DNA of 64,000 nucleotides from Chlamydiia bacterium (GTDB lineage Bacteria; Chlamydiota; Chlamydiia; Chlamydiales; 2-12-FULL-49-11): NCBI GenBank assembly GCA_022601435.1, contig JAJACQ010000004.1, positions 102 to 64,101 of the forward strand, read 5' to 3'. Shown piece by piece: positions 55,342 to 64,000 of this stretch (position 1 is its first letter; each line of letters starts with the position of its first letter). The notes under the pieces were generated by a model. It saw only the letters and a program-made list of their open reading frames with translations, ran no database searches and was not told where the DNA came from. The position numbers and the translations under genes were made by a program.

Positions 55342-56607
55342 ATGCCGATAATAGTTACAATGCCAGCACTATCACCAACCATGGAAGAAGGAATCATCGC
55401 TTCTTGGCTTAAAAATGAGGGTGATAAAGTCTCCGATGGCGACGCCATATGTGAGATTGCAACAGATAAATCTACTGTCGAATTTCAAGCAATCGATGGT
55501 GGTTTCTTAAGAAAAATTCTCGTTCCTGCAAAAGGATCTGCAAAAGTAAACGCCCCTATTGCTGTGATAACCGAAACGGCCGATGAAGATATCTCAGATT
55601 TAAAGTTTGAAGAAGTTGAAGAAGAAAAATTAGAGTCTATTGAAGAAAAACCTGTTCAAAAATCAACAGCTGCAGCACCATCAGGCGCAGGTGTTAACGT
55701 TATGACATTTTCTCCTCCACCTGCTGCTGAAAAGATGAGGGTAAAACGAAAATCTTCAACACTTGCCTCTCCACTTGCTAAAAAAATCGCCGCCGAAAAA
55801 GGATTTGATCTCAATGTAGTTAGAGGAACAGGTCCGAACGGAAGAATCATAGCAAAAGATCTCGAAAGTGCCTCACCAAGCGCCTTTGTTTCCACAAAAG
55901 ATCAAGATTATCTCTTCCCAGATGGCTCATTTGATGAAGTGCCTCTTACGCCTGTTCGAAAAGTAATAGGAGAAAGACTTCAAGCTTCTAAAATGAGTAT
56001 TCCTCACTACGTGATATCCCAAGATATCATGATGGATCGAATTATGGATCTAAGACTTCAACTAAAAGAAATGGGTATAAAAGTCACATTCAACGACTTT
56101 GTCCTAAAAGCTGTAGCTCTTGCACTAAAAAAGCATCCTGAAATTAATAGAGGTTTTGATTCTAAAAATAATGTCCTTATTCAATATAAAACGATCGATA
56201 TATCACTTGCCGTAAGCGTTCCAGATGGATTAATTACGCCGATCATCTGGCAGGCAGACTACCTTTCTTTACAAGACATCTCTCAAGAAACCAAACGCCT
56301 TGCTAAAAAAGCAAAAGAAGGAACACTTGAGCCTCATGAATACCAAGGTGGTTCATTTACAATCTCTAACCTTGGAATGTTTGGGGTAACAGGCTTTCAG
56401 GCTGTTATTAATCCTCCTCAAGCAGGAATCCTAGCCGTTGCTGGGATTAATGAAACCGCAATTTCAAAGGATGGAAAAGTTTCTACAGGACATATAATGA
56501 GTCTATCCATATCCATGGATCATCGCGTCATAGACGGGGCAGAGGGAGCAAAATTCTTGAATACACTAAAGCATATTCTGGAGAATCCCGCTATACTTAT
56601 ATTGTAG
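55342..56607 (+). CDS. pdhC: Dihydrolipoamide acetyltransferase E2
   Basis: Lipoyl domain EIATDKSTVEF, E3-binding ASPLAKKIAAEKGFDL, catalytic SMDHRVIDGA. Confidence 0.9.
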   Translation: MPIIVTMPALSPTMEEGIIASWLKNEGDKVSDGDAICEIATDKSTVEFQAIDGGFLRKILVPAKGSAKVNAPIAVITETADEDISDLKFEEVEEEKLESIEEKPVQKSTAAAPSGAGVNVMTFSPPPAAEKMRVKRKSSTLASPLAKKIAAEKGFDLNVVRGTGPNGRIIAKDLESASPSAFVSTKDQDYLFPDGSFDEVPLTPVRKVIGERLQASKMSIPHYVISQDIMMDRIMDLRLQLKEMGIKVTFNDFVLKAVALALKKHPEINRGFDSKNNVLIQYKTIDISLAVSVPDGLITPIIWQADYLSLQDISQETKRLAKKAKEGTLEPHEYQGGSFTISNLGMFGVTGFQAVINPPQAGILAVAGINETAISKDGKVSTGHIMSLSISMDHRVIDGAEGAKFLNTLKHILENPAILIL

Positions 56608-56811
56608 AATGGAAGCGCGCCTTTTAGCGCTTTTAAGGTTAGCCTTGCAGGTACCTATATGTATACAACATTAGGATTAAAAAATCTTTGGTTTGGGCTT
56701 TTGATAGAAACTTGTTTTTAGTTTAAATTTATATTGATTTAAGAATTAGGCAGATAAGCTTAATAAGCGATTTATATTATAATTAGAGAAAAATAATAAA
56801 AAGGAATTGTT

Positions 56812-57510
56812 ATGGATTACTTATATTATGCATTAGCGGCTTTACTTATTATAAGTCTGTTTGTATGCTTTAGTAAAAAAAATAATAAAAAGCAGTCGGC
56901 TGAAACAAAAGATTCATCAAGTGGTTATTATGATGATAGTACATGCGATAAAGTTTCTTTTAAAATTGAAAATGGAAAAATTTATATGTGTACTTCTACT
57001 AATTGTGGAAGTGATGATTTTCAATTTATAAGCCATGCATCAGGTGACATCTCTCAGGGAGTATTCCCGCCTACAAATTGGCAAATTCAACAAGTATTTC
57101 CTACTTATGGATTTTTAACAAGCGGAAGTGATACTAAAGAAAATGATGCAGCATTCACTGCTCATTCAGGATTTGCATCACAAGGAGATGGTCAAGTCTT
57201 TCAATTATGCAATAGCTCGAATTCAGCAAAAGTATTTTTTGCTTATTTCAAAGTTTCTAATGGTAAATATTACATGAGTTTAACAGACGATGACAGCTCT
57301 ATGCAACTAATAGGGTCTGTATCTGCTGATATATTGGGAGTTCATCCCCCAGCAATAAACCTTATACAAGATAAATTCCCGAATATTTGGTATGCAAGTG
57401 GAACTAAAGAGTTAAATAAAAGAATAGATCTTTTCCACGACCACTCAGGTTTTGCAAGTAATGGTGATGGTCAAATCTTTAATGTTCATGTGTTTAAAGG
57501 TCCATATTAA
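56812..57510 (+). CDS. Membrane-anchored hypothetical protein with two ~95-aa repeats
   Basis: TM YYALAALLIISLFVCF. The repeats end in HSGFASQGDGQVFQL and HSGFASNGDGQIFNV. Confidence 0.7.
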   Translation: MDYLYYALAALLIISLFVCFSKKNNKKQSAETKDSSSGYYDDSTCDKVSFKIENGKIYMCTSTNCGSDDFQFISHASGDISQGVFPPTNWQIQQVFPTYGFLTSGSDTKENDAAFTAHSGFASQGDGQVFQLCNSSNSAKVFFAYFKVSNGKYYMSLTDDDSSMQLIGSVSADILGVHPPAINLIQDKFPNIWYASGTKELNKRIDLFHDHSGFASNGDGQIFNVHVFKGPY

Positions 57511-57568
57511 CCATAGCCATTAATAAGGAAGTGTCATTTTGTATTTATAGTTTCTTTTGAATAAAAGC

Positions 57569-58492
57569 TTAAAGCCAACGGCGGCGTTGGAAGAAGTAGA
57601 AAGAGCCTATAAATGAAATGACAATAAAGGACATAACGATTGTAAAAGCATAATCTGATTGAGCAAAGGGAAGGGGAACGTTCATTCCATAGATGCTGGC
57701 AATTGTAGTTGGCAGATTCAAGATAATAGTTAGCGCAGTTAAAAGCTTTATTGTTCCGTTAAATTCATTTGTAATCACCACTTGAACAGAATTTCTTAAA
57801 GATGTGATGATACGTAAGCTTAATTCACAAAGCACCTCTGCTTGTTCTGAAGCTAATAATAAATCTTCTAAATTGTCATGATCATCTTCTTCAAGAGTTA
57901 CATATCGACCAGTTAAAAGATCTTCAATTACTTTCTTTAGAGGTTGTAGGGCATTGAGACATTGGTTTAAGTTTTCCTCATTGTGCGTTAAGCTTGTGAT
58001 GTCTTTCTCATTAACTTTTGTTAGATCCTTTTCGTGTAGGACAACTTCTGTACGGATTTTTTTTATAACCATCGTATAACTTTGAATCAGCTTTAAAAGA
58101 ACATCTACTAAAATTTCTGTATGCTTATTTGGCTTGTATCCTTCAGTCCCATGAAGGATTTTATTAATGAGCTCGCACTTTGTAGGTGTTATCGTAATGA
58201 TATTATCTGGGGTGATAACTAAGGTAAGGGGAGATGTATAGATGCCTGTTTCTTCCATATTAGGAAAACGTGTAAACACTATAAACTTATTTTGATCGAT
58301 TTTTTCAACACGCGGAATTTCCATTAAATCAAGTGAGTCGGATAGATCATCCACATCAAGATTCATTGTCTTTGCTAAATTCTTTAAAGTGGAAGTTTTG
58401 GCATTGTCTAAATGGACCCAACACTTGGCCTTGACCTGCTCTATTGCAGAAAATAACTTTTTCTCATTATCTTTATAATAATATTTTACCAT
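57569..58492 (-). CDS. CorA-family divalent cation transporter
   Basis: GMN motif (IASIYGMNVP) between two C-terminal TM helices, with a large N-terminal cytoplasmic domain. Confidence 0.8.
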   Translation of the reverse strand: MVKYYYKDNEKKLFSAIEQVKAKCWVHLDNAKTSTLKNLAKTMNLDVDDLSDSLDLMEIPRVEKIDQNKFIVFTRFPNMEETGIYTSPLTLVITPDNIITITPTKCELINKILHGTEGYKPNKHTEILVDVLLKLIQSYTMVIKKIRTEVVLHEKDLTKVNEKDITSLTHNEENLNQCLNALQPLKKVIEDLLTGRYVTLEEDDHDNLEDLLLASEQAEVLCELSLRIITSLRNSVQVVITNEFNGTIKLLTALTIILNLPTTIASIYGMNVPLPFAQSDYAFTIVMSFIVISFIGSFYFFQRRRWL

Positions 58493-58605
58493 AGTGCACC
58501 GCCCACATTAAAGATCAGCCCCGAAACTTGCTTCTATAATATAGGACTTTAAAATTCAAATCAATGATGATTTCTAGCAAACAATTATTTTTAAGTCTAA
58601 AGATG

Positions 58606-59658
58606 TTATTCGGTGGTTTGGTTCTTAAAAGCTTCAAGTAGCTTTTCTGCTTCTTTGAACTTCTTCATCATAGAAGGAAGCTTCTTTATACAGATAAGCT
58701 CAAAAGCAGCTTCTTTTGCTCTTTTGGCAGGAGCGCCAAAATATAGACCTGGCTCTTTAATAGATTTGATAACAGCAGTACGTGCTCCAAGAGTCACATT
58801 ATTTGCTATCTTAACATGCCCTACAACTCCTACTTGAGCAGCCATAGTAACCTGCGTTCCTGTTGTTGAAGATCCAGCAATGCCAGACATAGAAACCATT
58901 AAGTTTTGCTTCCCAATATCGCAATTGTGAGCAACCATGCAGTGGTTGTCAATTTTCGTACCTTTACGAATAATAGTCTTATCAAAACGACCTCTGTCAA
59001 TCGTTGTGCATGATCCGATCTCTACATCATCTTCTATGATGACCTTTCCGAAATGTTTAATCTTGTAGTGTACACCAGTCTTTTTACACGTATCATATCC
59101 ATATCCACAACCACCAATTACAACATGAGGCTGAAGGATCACATTATTTCCTAAATGACAATCTTCTCGAATGACTACACTTGAATAAATTAAGCAATTT
59201 TTTCCTAAAGAAGATTTTGGTCCAATTGAAACATGTGAATAAATAATGCAATCATCTTCAATAGTAACATCTTTGTCTATGACTACATAAGGACCTATCT
59301 GAACATTCTTGCCGATCTTTGCACTTTGGTGAATGACTGCTGTGGGATGAATGTCTTTGAATCCTGAAGGGGAGTTATCTTCCATTAAAAGTTCAGTTAC
59401 CATAGAAAAGGTTCTGGAAGAATCATCTGAAACTAAATAGTTCTTGCCTTCTATAAGCGGTGTAGTTTTTTCTACACATACCGCTGCGGCATTTGTTGTT
59501 TGTAAATTTGAGGTGTATTTTTCATTGCTTAAAAAAGACACCTCATTTTCTGCTGCTTTATCTAAACTATTCACTCCTGAAAGAAGAGTTTTTCCATCTC
59601 CGGAAAATTCCAAGTTTAATTGGTTTGCTAATTCTTCAAGTGTGAATGTATTTGGCAT
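58606..59658 (-). CDS. lpxD: UDP-3-O-acylglucosamine N-acyltransferase
   Basis: 350 aa. Long left-handed beta-helix hexapeptide repeats and a C-terminal helix. Position after skp. Confidence 0.9.
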   Translation of the reverse strand: MPNTFTLEELANQLNLEFSGDGKTLLSGVNSLDKAAENEVSFLSNEKYTSNLQTTNAAAVCVEKTTPLIEGKNYLVSDDSSRTFSMVTELLMEDNSPSGFKDIHPTAVIHQSAKIGKNVQIGPYVVIDKDVTIEDDCIIYSHVSIGPKSSLGKNCLIYSSVVIREDCHLGNNVILQPHVVIGGCGYGYDTCKKTGVHYKIKHFGKVIIEDDVEIGSCTTIDRGRFDKTIIRKGTKIDNHCMVAHNCDIGKQNLMVSMSGIAGSSTTGTQVTMAAQVGVVGHVKIANNVTLGARTAVIKSIKEPGLYFGAPAKRAKEAAFELICIKKLPSMMKKFKEAEKLLEAFKNQTTE

Positions 59659-59661
59659 AGT

Positions 59662-60252
59662 TTATTTTTTCTCGCTTTCTTTGTTAGATAATTCTTGCTT
59701 AACTTGCGCTTTGTTTGAAGCTTCTGCTTTAAACATGTTGTCAAGCTCTGAAATAATAGCTTCTGTCACATCAAGATTTTCAGTATAGTGAAATACCTGA
59801 TCCTTATTTATGATCAATGTATAGTTTTTTTTCTTTGCTAAATTCTTAGATGCTTCCTTTATCTTACCAGCCATGATATTCATAGTCTTGTAATTTGCCT
59901 GCTGCATCATGTAATAATACTGCTGCTGATATCTCTGAAGCTCTACAGAAAGCGTCTGCATTTTATCTTGAAGCTCTTTTTCTGCTTCTGGACTTAAAGA
60001 ATCACGTACAAACTCATCATTTAGCTTTGCAGAAGTTTCAGATAGCTGATCATTTAATTCTTTGATCGCCTTTTCCATTTGTGCTTTCATTTGATCATTG
60101 TTTTCTTGCTCTCTTTTGCCGAAAGAAGAATCTGTGTAACACTTAGTGAAGTCTACAACTCTTGTCGCCTGAGTAGCCTTTGCGCTTAAAGGTGAAATAG
60201 CGAATCCAAGAGCAATAACACTTAGTTGTAAACTTTTTTTATTAAAAAACAT
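59662..60252 (-). CDS. skp: OmpH/Skp-like periplasmic chaperone
   Basis: Signal peptide, Gln/Lys-rich coiled-coil body, located between bamA and lpxD. Confidence 0.8.
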   Translation of the reverse strand: MFFNKKSLQLSVIALGFAISPLSAKATQATRVVDFTKCYTDSSFGKREQENNDQMKAQMEKAIKELNDQLSETSAKLNDEFVRDSLSPEAEKELQDKMQTLSVELQRYQQQYYYMMQQANYKTMNIMAGKIKEASKNLAKKKNYTLIINKDQVFHYTENLDVTEAIISELDNMFKAEASNKAQVKQELSNKESEKK

Positions 60253-60300
60253 TGTTTATCCTTTTGATTGGTTGAAACTTGATTTATTTTACTAAAAATA

Positions 60301-60351
60301 AACCTTTAGAGCTATCCTTTTTTTTATGAAAATGAATAGACTCTAAAGGTT
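60301..60351. other. 11-bp inverted repeat between bamA and skp
   Basis: AACCTTTAGAG (60301-60311) and CTCTAAAGGTT (60341-60351) with a 29-nt loop. Possible intra-operon attenuator or stabiliser. Confidence 0.3.
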
Positions 60352-60378
60352 TTTACATACTAAAGATAGTATTTAAAA

Positions 60379-62757
60379 TTAGAACTGTCCTGCCATGCTA
60401 AAGAAGACTCTTTGCTCTTGAGGATTGTTTCCGCCCGCATCCTGAATATCATCAGGGTTAATTGGATAACCATAACCTAAGATGAACGGAAGCGGCTGTC
60501 CAATATGAAGCCTTACGCCTGCTCCTACACTCATGTAGTACTTGCTTGTTACATCAAATGGAGTGTGGCTGATCGCACCTGTATCAAAGAAAGCAAATAC
60601 ATCAAGTGGTTGAATTACCTTTTGCAATACTTCTACTGAGAATAGCTGTGAGGAGATACCACCAGTTGGATCACCAAGCTCATTGTCGAAATAAGGACCA
60701 ATTTGACCTGGAGCATAGCCACGTACTGTTGCCACGCCTCCTAAGAAGAATTTCTCAGTTAACGGGAAATCTTCACTTAATCCACCCCATAGAGGTTGGA
60801 TGAATCCAACATCGCCTCTGAACTTTAACGTTGCTGTATCCCATAAAGGAACATAATATGAATTTAAGTAGTTGAACTTAAAGAACGGGAAGTCTCTGAT
60901 ATGAATGTTATCTCTAATAAGATTTGCAAACTCACCCTCGAGACTAGATTTTAATCCATTATGTGGAACGAATGGGTTGTTTGTTGAATTGTAGTTACAT
61001 ACAATCCCACCACCAGTTACGATACCGCCGTTCTTTTCTTGCTTTTGTTCAATGACAGCATCTACATTATTAAGACGTATGATTGAGTTCTTTATTCTTC
61101 CCTTAAATCCTGCTGAGAAAAATTGATTAACAGGGTAGGTGAGGGAGAATGCTCCGCCCATTGAATAGAGATCATAATCAGCGATTGTTGCATTTCTCTT
61201 TCCTTGAACATCCAAACCAAAACGCCATAAAGAGTCATTGATATACGGATTGATCCAAGAAACAGTACCGGATTGCTCTTTTTGCGCAACAGTAGCCCTT
61301 ACATCCATGAACTCACCACCGCCTCTAAAGCTTTTTAAGCCATCCTGCCAAACATTTTTAAAACCTGTGATGTCAAAGTTGTTTTCTCTGAAGCTTAGCT
61401 CACCAAAGATATTTGCTGTGGAGTTTGCCCCTGCAGATAGGTGGAAAGAAGCTGTTCTGTTTTCTTCAACTTCAACAACAACATCGCGATACTGAGAATT
61501 AGCCTTTTCCTTTTGATCACTTTTTACAGCATAAACATTTACATGCTTGAAATAACCAGTTGATTGAAGCTTTTGCTGAGTCTCTTTCATCTTAGAAGAA
61601 TCAAAAGTTTCTCCTGGAGTGATTCTGATGTTGTTGTAAATGACATTGTTGTTAGTTCTCTTGTTTCCTGATACATGGATTAATCCAACCTTGTACTTAT
61701 CAGACTCTTCGACATTATAAATGATGTTGAAAGTATGACCCTTTGCAGGTACAAGCTCATAGTTAACATTTGTATCAAGATAACCCTTGTCAGTGTAAAG
61801 ACTTCTAATCTTCTCTTGAGTGATTTGAACTTTCTCTGTGCTAAAAGTATCACCTTTCTTAATTGCAAGTGCATTATCAATATCTTTCTTTGATTCTAAA
61901 GTATTTCCAGTCACTTCGATTGCACCAACATGATAAAGCTCACCGCGATTTAATGAGATTTTAAGAGTTAATTTATCTTTCACACTCTCATCAATTTCTA
62001 AATCAACCTTTGCATCAATATAACCTTCATTTTGGATATAGTGAGTGATGATCTGAGCATCTCTTTCAACGTCTGCTTCTCTCATCACACCGCTTCCTGT
62101 AAACCAGTTTGTCAGGATGTTGAACTTAGAGGATTTGATCATGCTGTAAACAGCACTTTTTTCTTTCTTTGTAAATCCAACAAACTCTATGTTATGAATG
62201 TGTCCAAGCGGTCCTTGGTCAATGTAGATATGCGCAACAGCTTCACCAGTTCCTGGAGTTTCTTCGATCTTATATGTGACGTCTGCTTTGAAATAACCTT
62301 TCTTAATTAGAAAGTCTCTGATATCAGTGATTGATTGATAAAACTTTCCTCTGTTGTACTCCATTGGAGCTTCGAGTTCACCTTTTGCTAGTATTTTTTT
62401 AGAGCTATAGTTTGAACCCTCAACAACGAACTTTACAATCTTTGGACGCAATGTCACATTTAAATGAATGAAAAGCTTTCCATCTTTTTTTGAGATCACA
62501 GGATCAACAATTTGGTACTTGTCGGCAAGCTCTTTTAAGTCTTTGTCAAATTCAATTTGATCAAATTTATCACCCGGCTTTAATCGCATTTCTAATAAAA
62601 CTTTTGCATCAGCATCCTGTTGATTACTAGGTGATGCATTTTTTACATCAACAGTAATCTCTTGAACATTTAAGTTTTCGAAGGTATCAGAGACACCTTG
62701 ATCTGCAAATAGAATCATGCAAAAAGAGAGTAAAAAAGGTACAATAAATTTTTTCAT
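60379..62757 (-). CDS. bamA: Outer membrane protein assembly factor BamA (Omp85)
   Basis: 792 aa. Signal peptide, POTRA repeats, C-terminal barrel ending FFSMAGQF. Confidence 0.93.
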   Translation of the reverse strand: MKKFIVPFLLSFCMILFADQGVSDTFENLNVQEITVDVKNASPSNQQDADAKVLLEMRLKPGDKFDQIEFDKDLKELADKYQIVDPVISKKDGKLFIHLNVTLRPKIVKFVVEGSNYSSKKILAKGELEAPMEYNRGKFYQSITDIRDFLIKKGYFKADVTYKIEETPGTGEAVAHIYIDQGPLGHIHNIEFVGFTKKEKSAVYSMIKSSKFNILTNWFTGSGVMREADVERDAQIITHYIQNEGYIDAKVDLEIDESVKDKLTLKISLNRGELYHVGAIEVTGNTLESKKDIDNALAIKKGDTFSTEKVQITQEKIRSLYTDKGYLDTNVNYELVPAKGHTFNIIYNVEESDKYKVGLIHVSGNKRTNNNVIYNNIRITPGETFDSSKMKETQQKLQSTGYFKHVNVYAVKSDQKEKANSQYRDVVVEVEENRTASFHLSAGANSTANIFGELSFRENNFDITGFKNVWQDGLKSFRGGGEFMDVRATVAQKEQSGTVSWINPYINDSLWRFGLDVQGKRNATIADYDLYSMGGAFSLTYPVNQFFSAGFKGRIKNSIIRLNNVDAVIEQKQEKNGGIVTGGGIVCNYNSTNNPFVPHNGLKSSLEGEFANLIRDNIHIRDFPFFKFNYLNSYYVPLWDTATLKFRGDVGFIQPLWGGLSEDFPLTEKFFLGGVATVRGYAPGQIGPYFDNELGDPTGGISSQLFSVEVLQKVIQPLDVFAFFDTGAISHTPFDVTSKYYMSVGAGVRLHIGQPLPFILGYGYPINPDDIQDAGGNNPQEQRVFFSMAGQF

Positions 62758-62807
62758 TTCAAGCCCACATTATGTTAATTTTTATCAGATGATAGAGGAA
62801 AGATCGA

Positions 62808-63413
62808 TTAAAATAAAGTTCTTTCTGAAAGAGCTTTGGACAAAGTTCCTTCATCAATAAAATCAAGAGAACTACCTATGGGCATCCCAAGAGCTAGCCT
62901 TGAAATTTTAATTCCCATGTTTTCTAATTCTTTCTTTAAGTATAAAGAAGTGGCATCGCCTTCTAAAGTTGAATCCAAAGCAAGGATCACTTCCTTCACG
63001 CCAAGGCTATCAATTCTTGCTTTTAGAATATCTAAATTTAAATCTTTTGATGAGAAATTATTAGTAGGGGAGAGCAGTCCATCTAATACATGATACATTC
63101 CTAAGTACATGTGCGTAGCTTCTACAGCAAACAAATCTTTCTGCGATGAAAGAATGCATAAATTTGTAGAGTCTCTTTTGGTTTCATCGCAATACTTACA
63201 AGGCTTATCATCTGAAATATCTAATAAAGCTTTACATACTTTACAAGTCCCAATCTTTTGCTTTAAAGTGGCTAAATGATGAGCAAAATGCTCTAAATCG
63301 CTTTGCGACCAAGAAAGCATATCAAAGCTGTACCTTTCTGCAGTCTTTTTTCCTACACCAGGATACTTTTGTAAGTTGCTGATTAATGTCTCAAGCGCCT
63401 TCGGATATCTCAT
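62808..63413 (-). CDS. recR: Recombination protein RecR
   Basis: HhH (YPGVGKKTAER), C4 zinc finger (CKVC...CKYC), Toprim domain. Confidence 0.93.
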   Translation of the reverse strand: MRYPKALETLISNLQKYPGVGKKTAERYSFDMLSWSQSDLEHFAHHLATLKQKIGTCKVCKALLDISDDKPCKYCDETKRDSTNLCILSSQKDLFAVEATHMYLGMYHVLDGLLSPTNNFSSKDLNLDILKARIDSLGVKEVILALDSTLEGDATSLYLKKELENMGIKISRLALGMPIGSSLDFIDEGTLSKALSERTLF

Positions 63414-63532
63414 TAAAACCTCTTTTTAAATTAACATTCAAGTCTAGGAGGTTTTAAGATAATCTGCAATAAAATAGGCTACTAAAATATTAGCAGCCTA
63501 TCATAAATTATACGGTTGTATCAGAAGTTTGT

Positions 63533-64000
63533 TTAACCAGGAAGAGCAGCGTTGATATCTTCAGATACTGGCATAGCAGGGGGTAATACATTTGCAGGTT
63601 GAGCAGTATGAATTTTTATTGAAGGAAAAAGATAAGCTGTTACTAACCGTCCAACTTCAACTCTTGCCTGATTCATAGAATGGGAATCTTCTCGAAGTTG
63701 ACTAAGTAATAGAGTTACTTGAGGTGAATCTGCTCCTTGTGCAGCTGCATTCATTAAAGCTTGAGCTCGTTGCATACATTGAGCAATTTCTTGAGTCTGA
63801 AACTCTACTCTTGTTTCTATGGCTATTCTTCTTTCAGCAGGTCCATTTTGAATTAATAGAGCAAGTCTATTCATTAGATCTTCTCCCATATCTCCAGAAT
63901 GTGTTGAATTTACCTCTTGAAGCAAAGATCCTAGTGGATTTATCATTAAATTGTGTAAATATGCTGATACACCAGAATTTTGATTAATTTGATTAGTTAT
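63533..64000 (-). CDS. Hypothetical protein, 5' end probably outside the window
   Basis: The reading frame stays open from 63946 to the window edge (no stop in 63947-64000). Helical, Gln/Ala-rich. No family recognised. Confidence 0.5.
   Translation of the reverse strand: MTNQINQNSGVSAYLHNLMINPLGSLLQEVNSTHSGDMGEDLMNRLALLIQNGPAERRIAIETRVEFQTQEIAQCMQRAQALMNAAAQGADSPQVTLLLSQLREDSHSMNQARVEVGRLVTAYLFPSIKIHTAQPANVLPPAMPVSEDINAALPG

Overview
AT-rich bacterial chromosomal window with about 60 protein genes, one tRNA (Asn-GTT), no rRNA, no CRISPR array and no recognisable transposase or integrase. Core gene content and local order match what I recall for the phylum Chlamydiae: pnp-rpsO-tadA; rpmE-prfA-prmC-ffh-rpsP-trmD-rplS; gmk, an rpoZ-like gene, metG, then recD2; groEL-groES divergent from pepF; recR-bamA-skp-lpxD beside pdhABC. 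I therefore read this as a Chlamydia-like (probably environmental or amoeba-associated) genome. That assignment rests on memory and motif reading, not a database search. Lineage-specific segments lie between the conserved blocks. (1) 29.6-39.4 kb holds a same-strand array of six paralogous, extremely acidic S/T/D-rich proteins. They share an N-terminal module, have highly divergent C-termini (one bilobed Inc-like hydrophobic domain, one TM plus polyacidic plus Ala/Glu region), and carry a conserved GATATAAT promoter/leader cassette. This is my best candidate for an undescribed system, possibly a secreted-effector or inclusion-membrane family. (2) 24.0-28.8 kb is a five-gene glycosyl/methyl-transferase island whose products have eukaryote-like type II membrane-anchor architecture. 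(3) 17.8-23.5 kb holds a sedolisin-like S53 peptidase, a protein with an internal domain duplication, a GT-B-like orphan, a VOC protein and a methyltransferase; the adjacent small OMP gene (23496-23996) is interrupted by one in-frame TAA. (4) A family of GC-rich hairpin-cassette intergenic repeats occurs at 95-200, 1154-1231 and 15226-15557. One locus has 30-bp inverted termini (MITE-like) and two copies abut stop codons. All functional calls come from motifs read directly in the supplied translations. Start codons were adjusted where an RBS or homology argued for an internal start.
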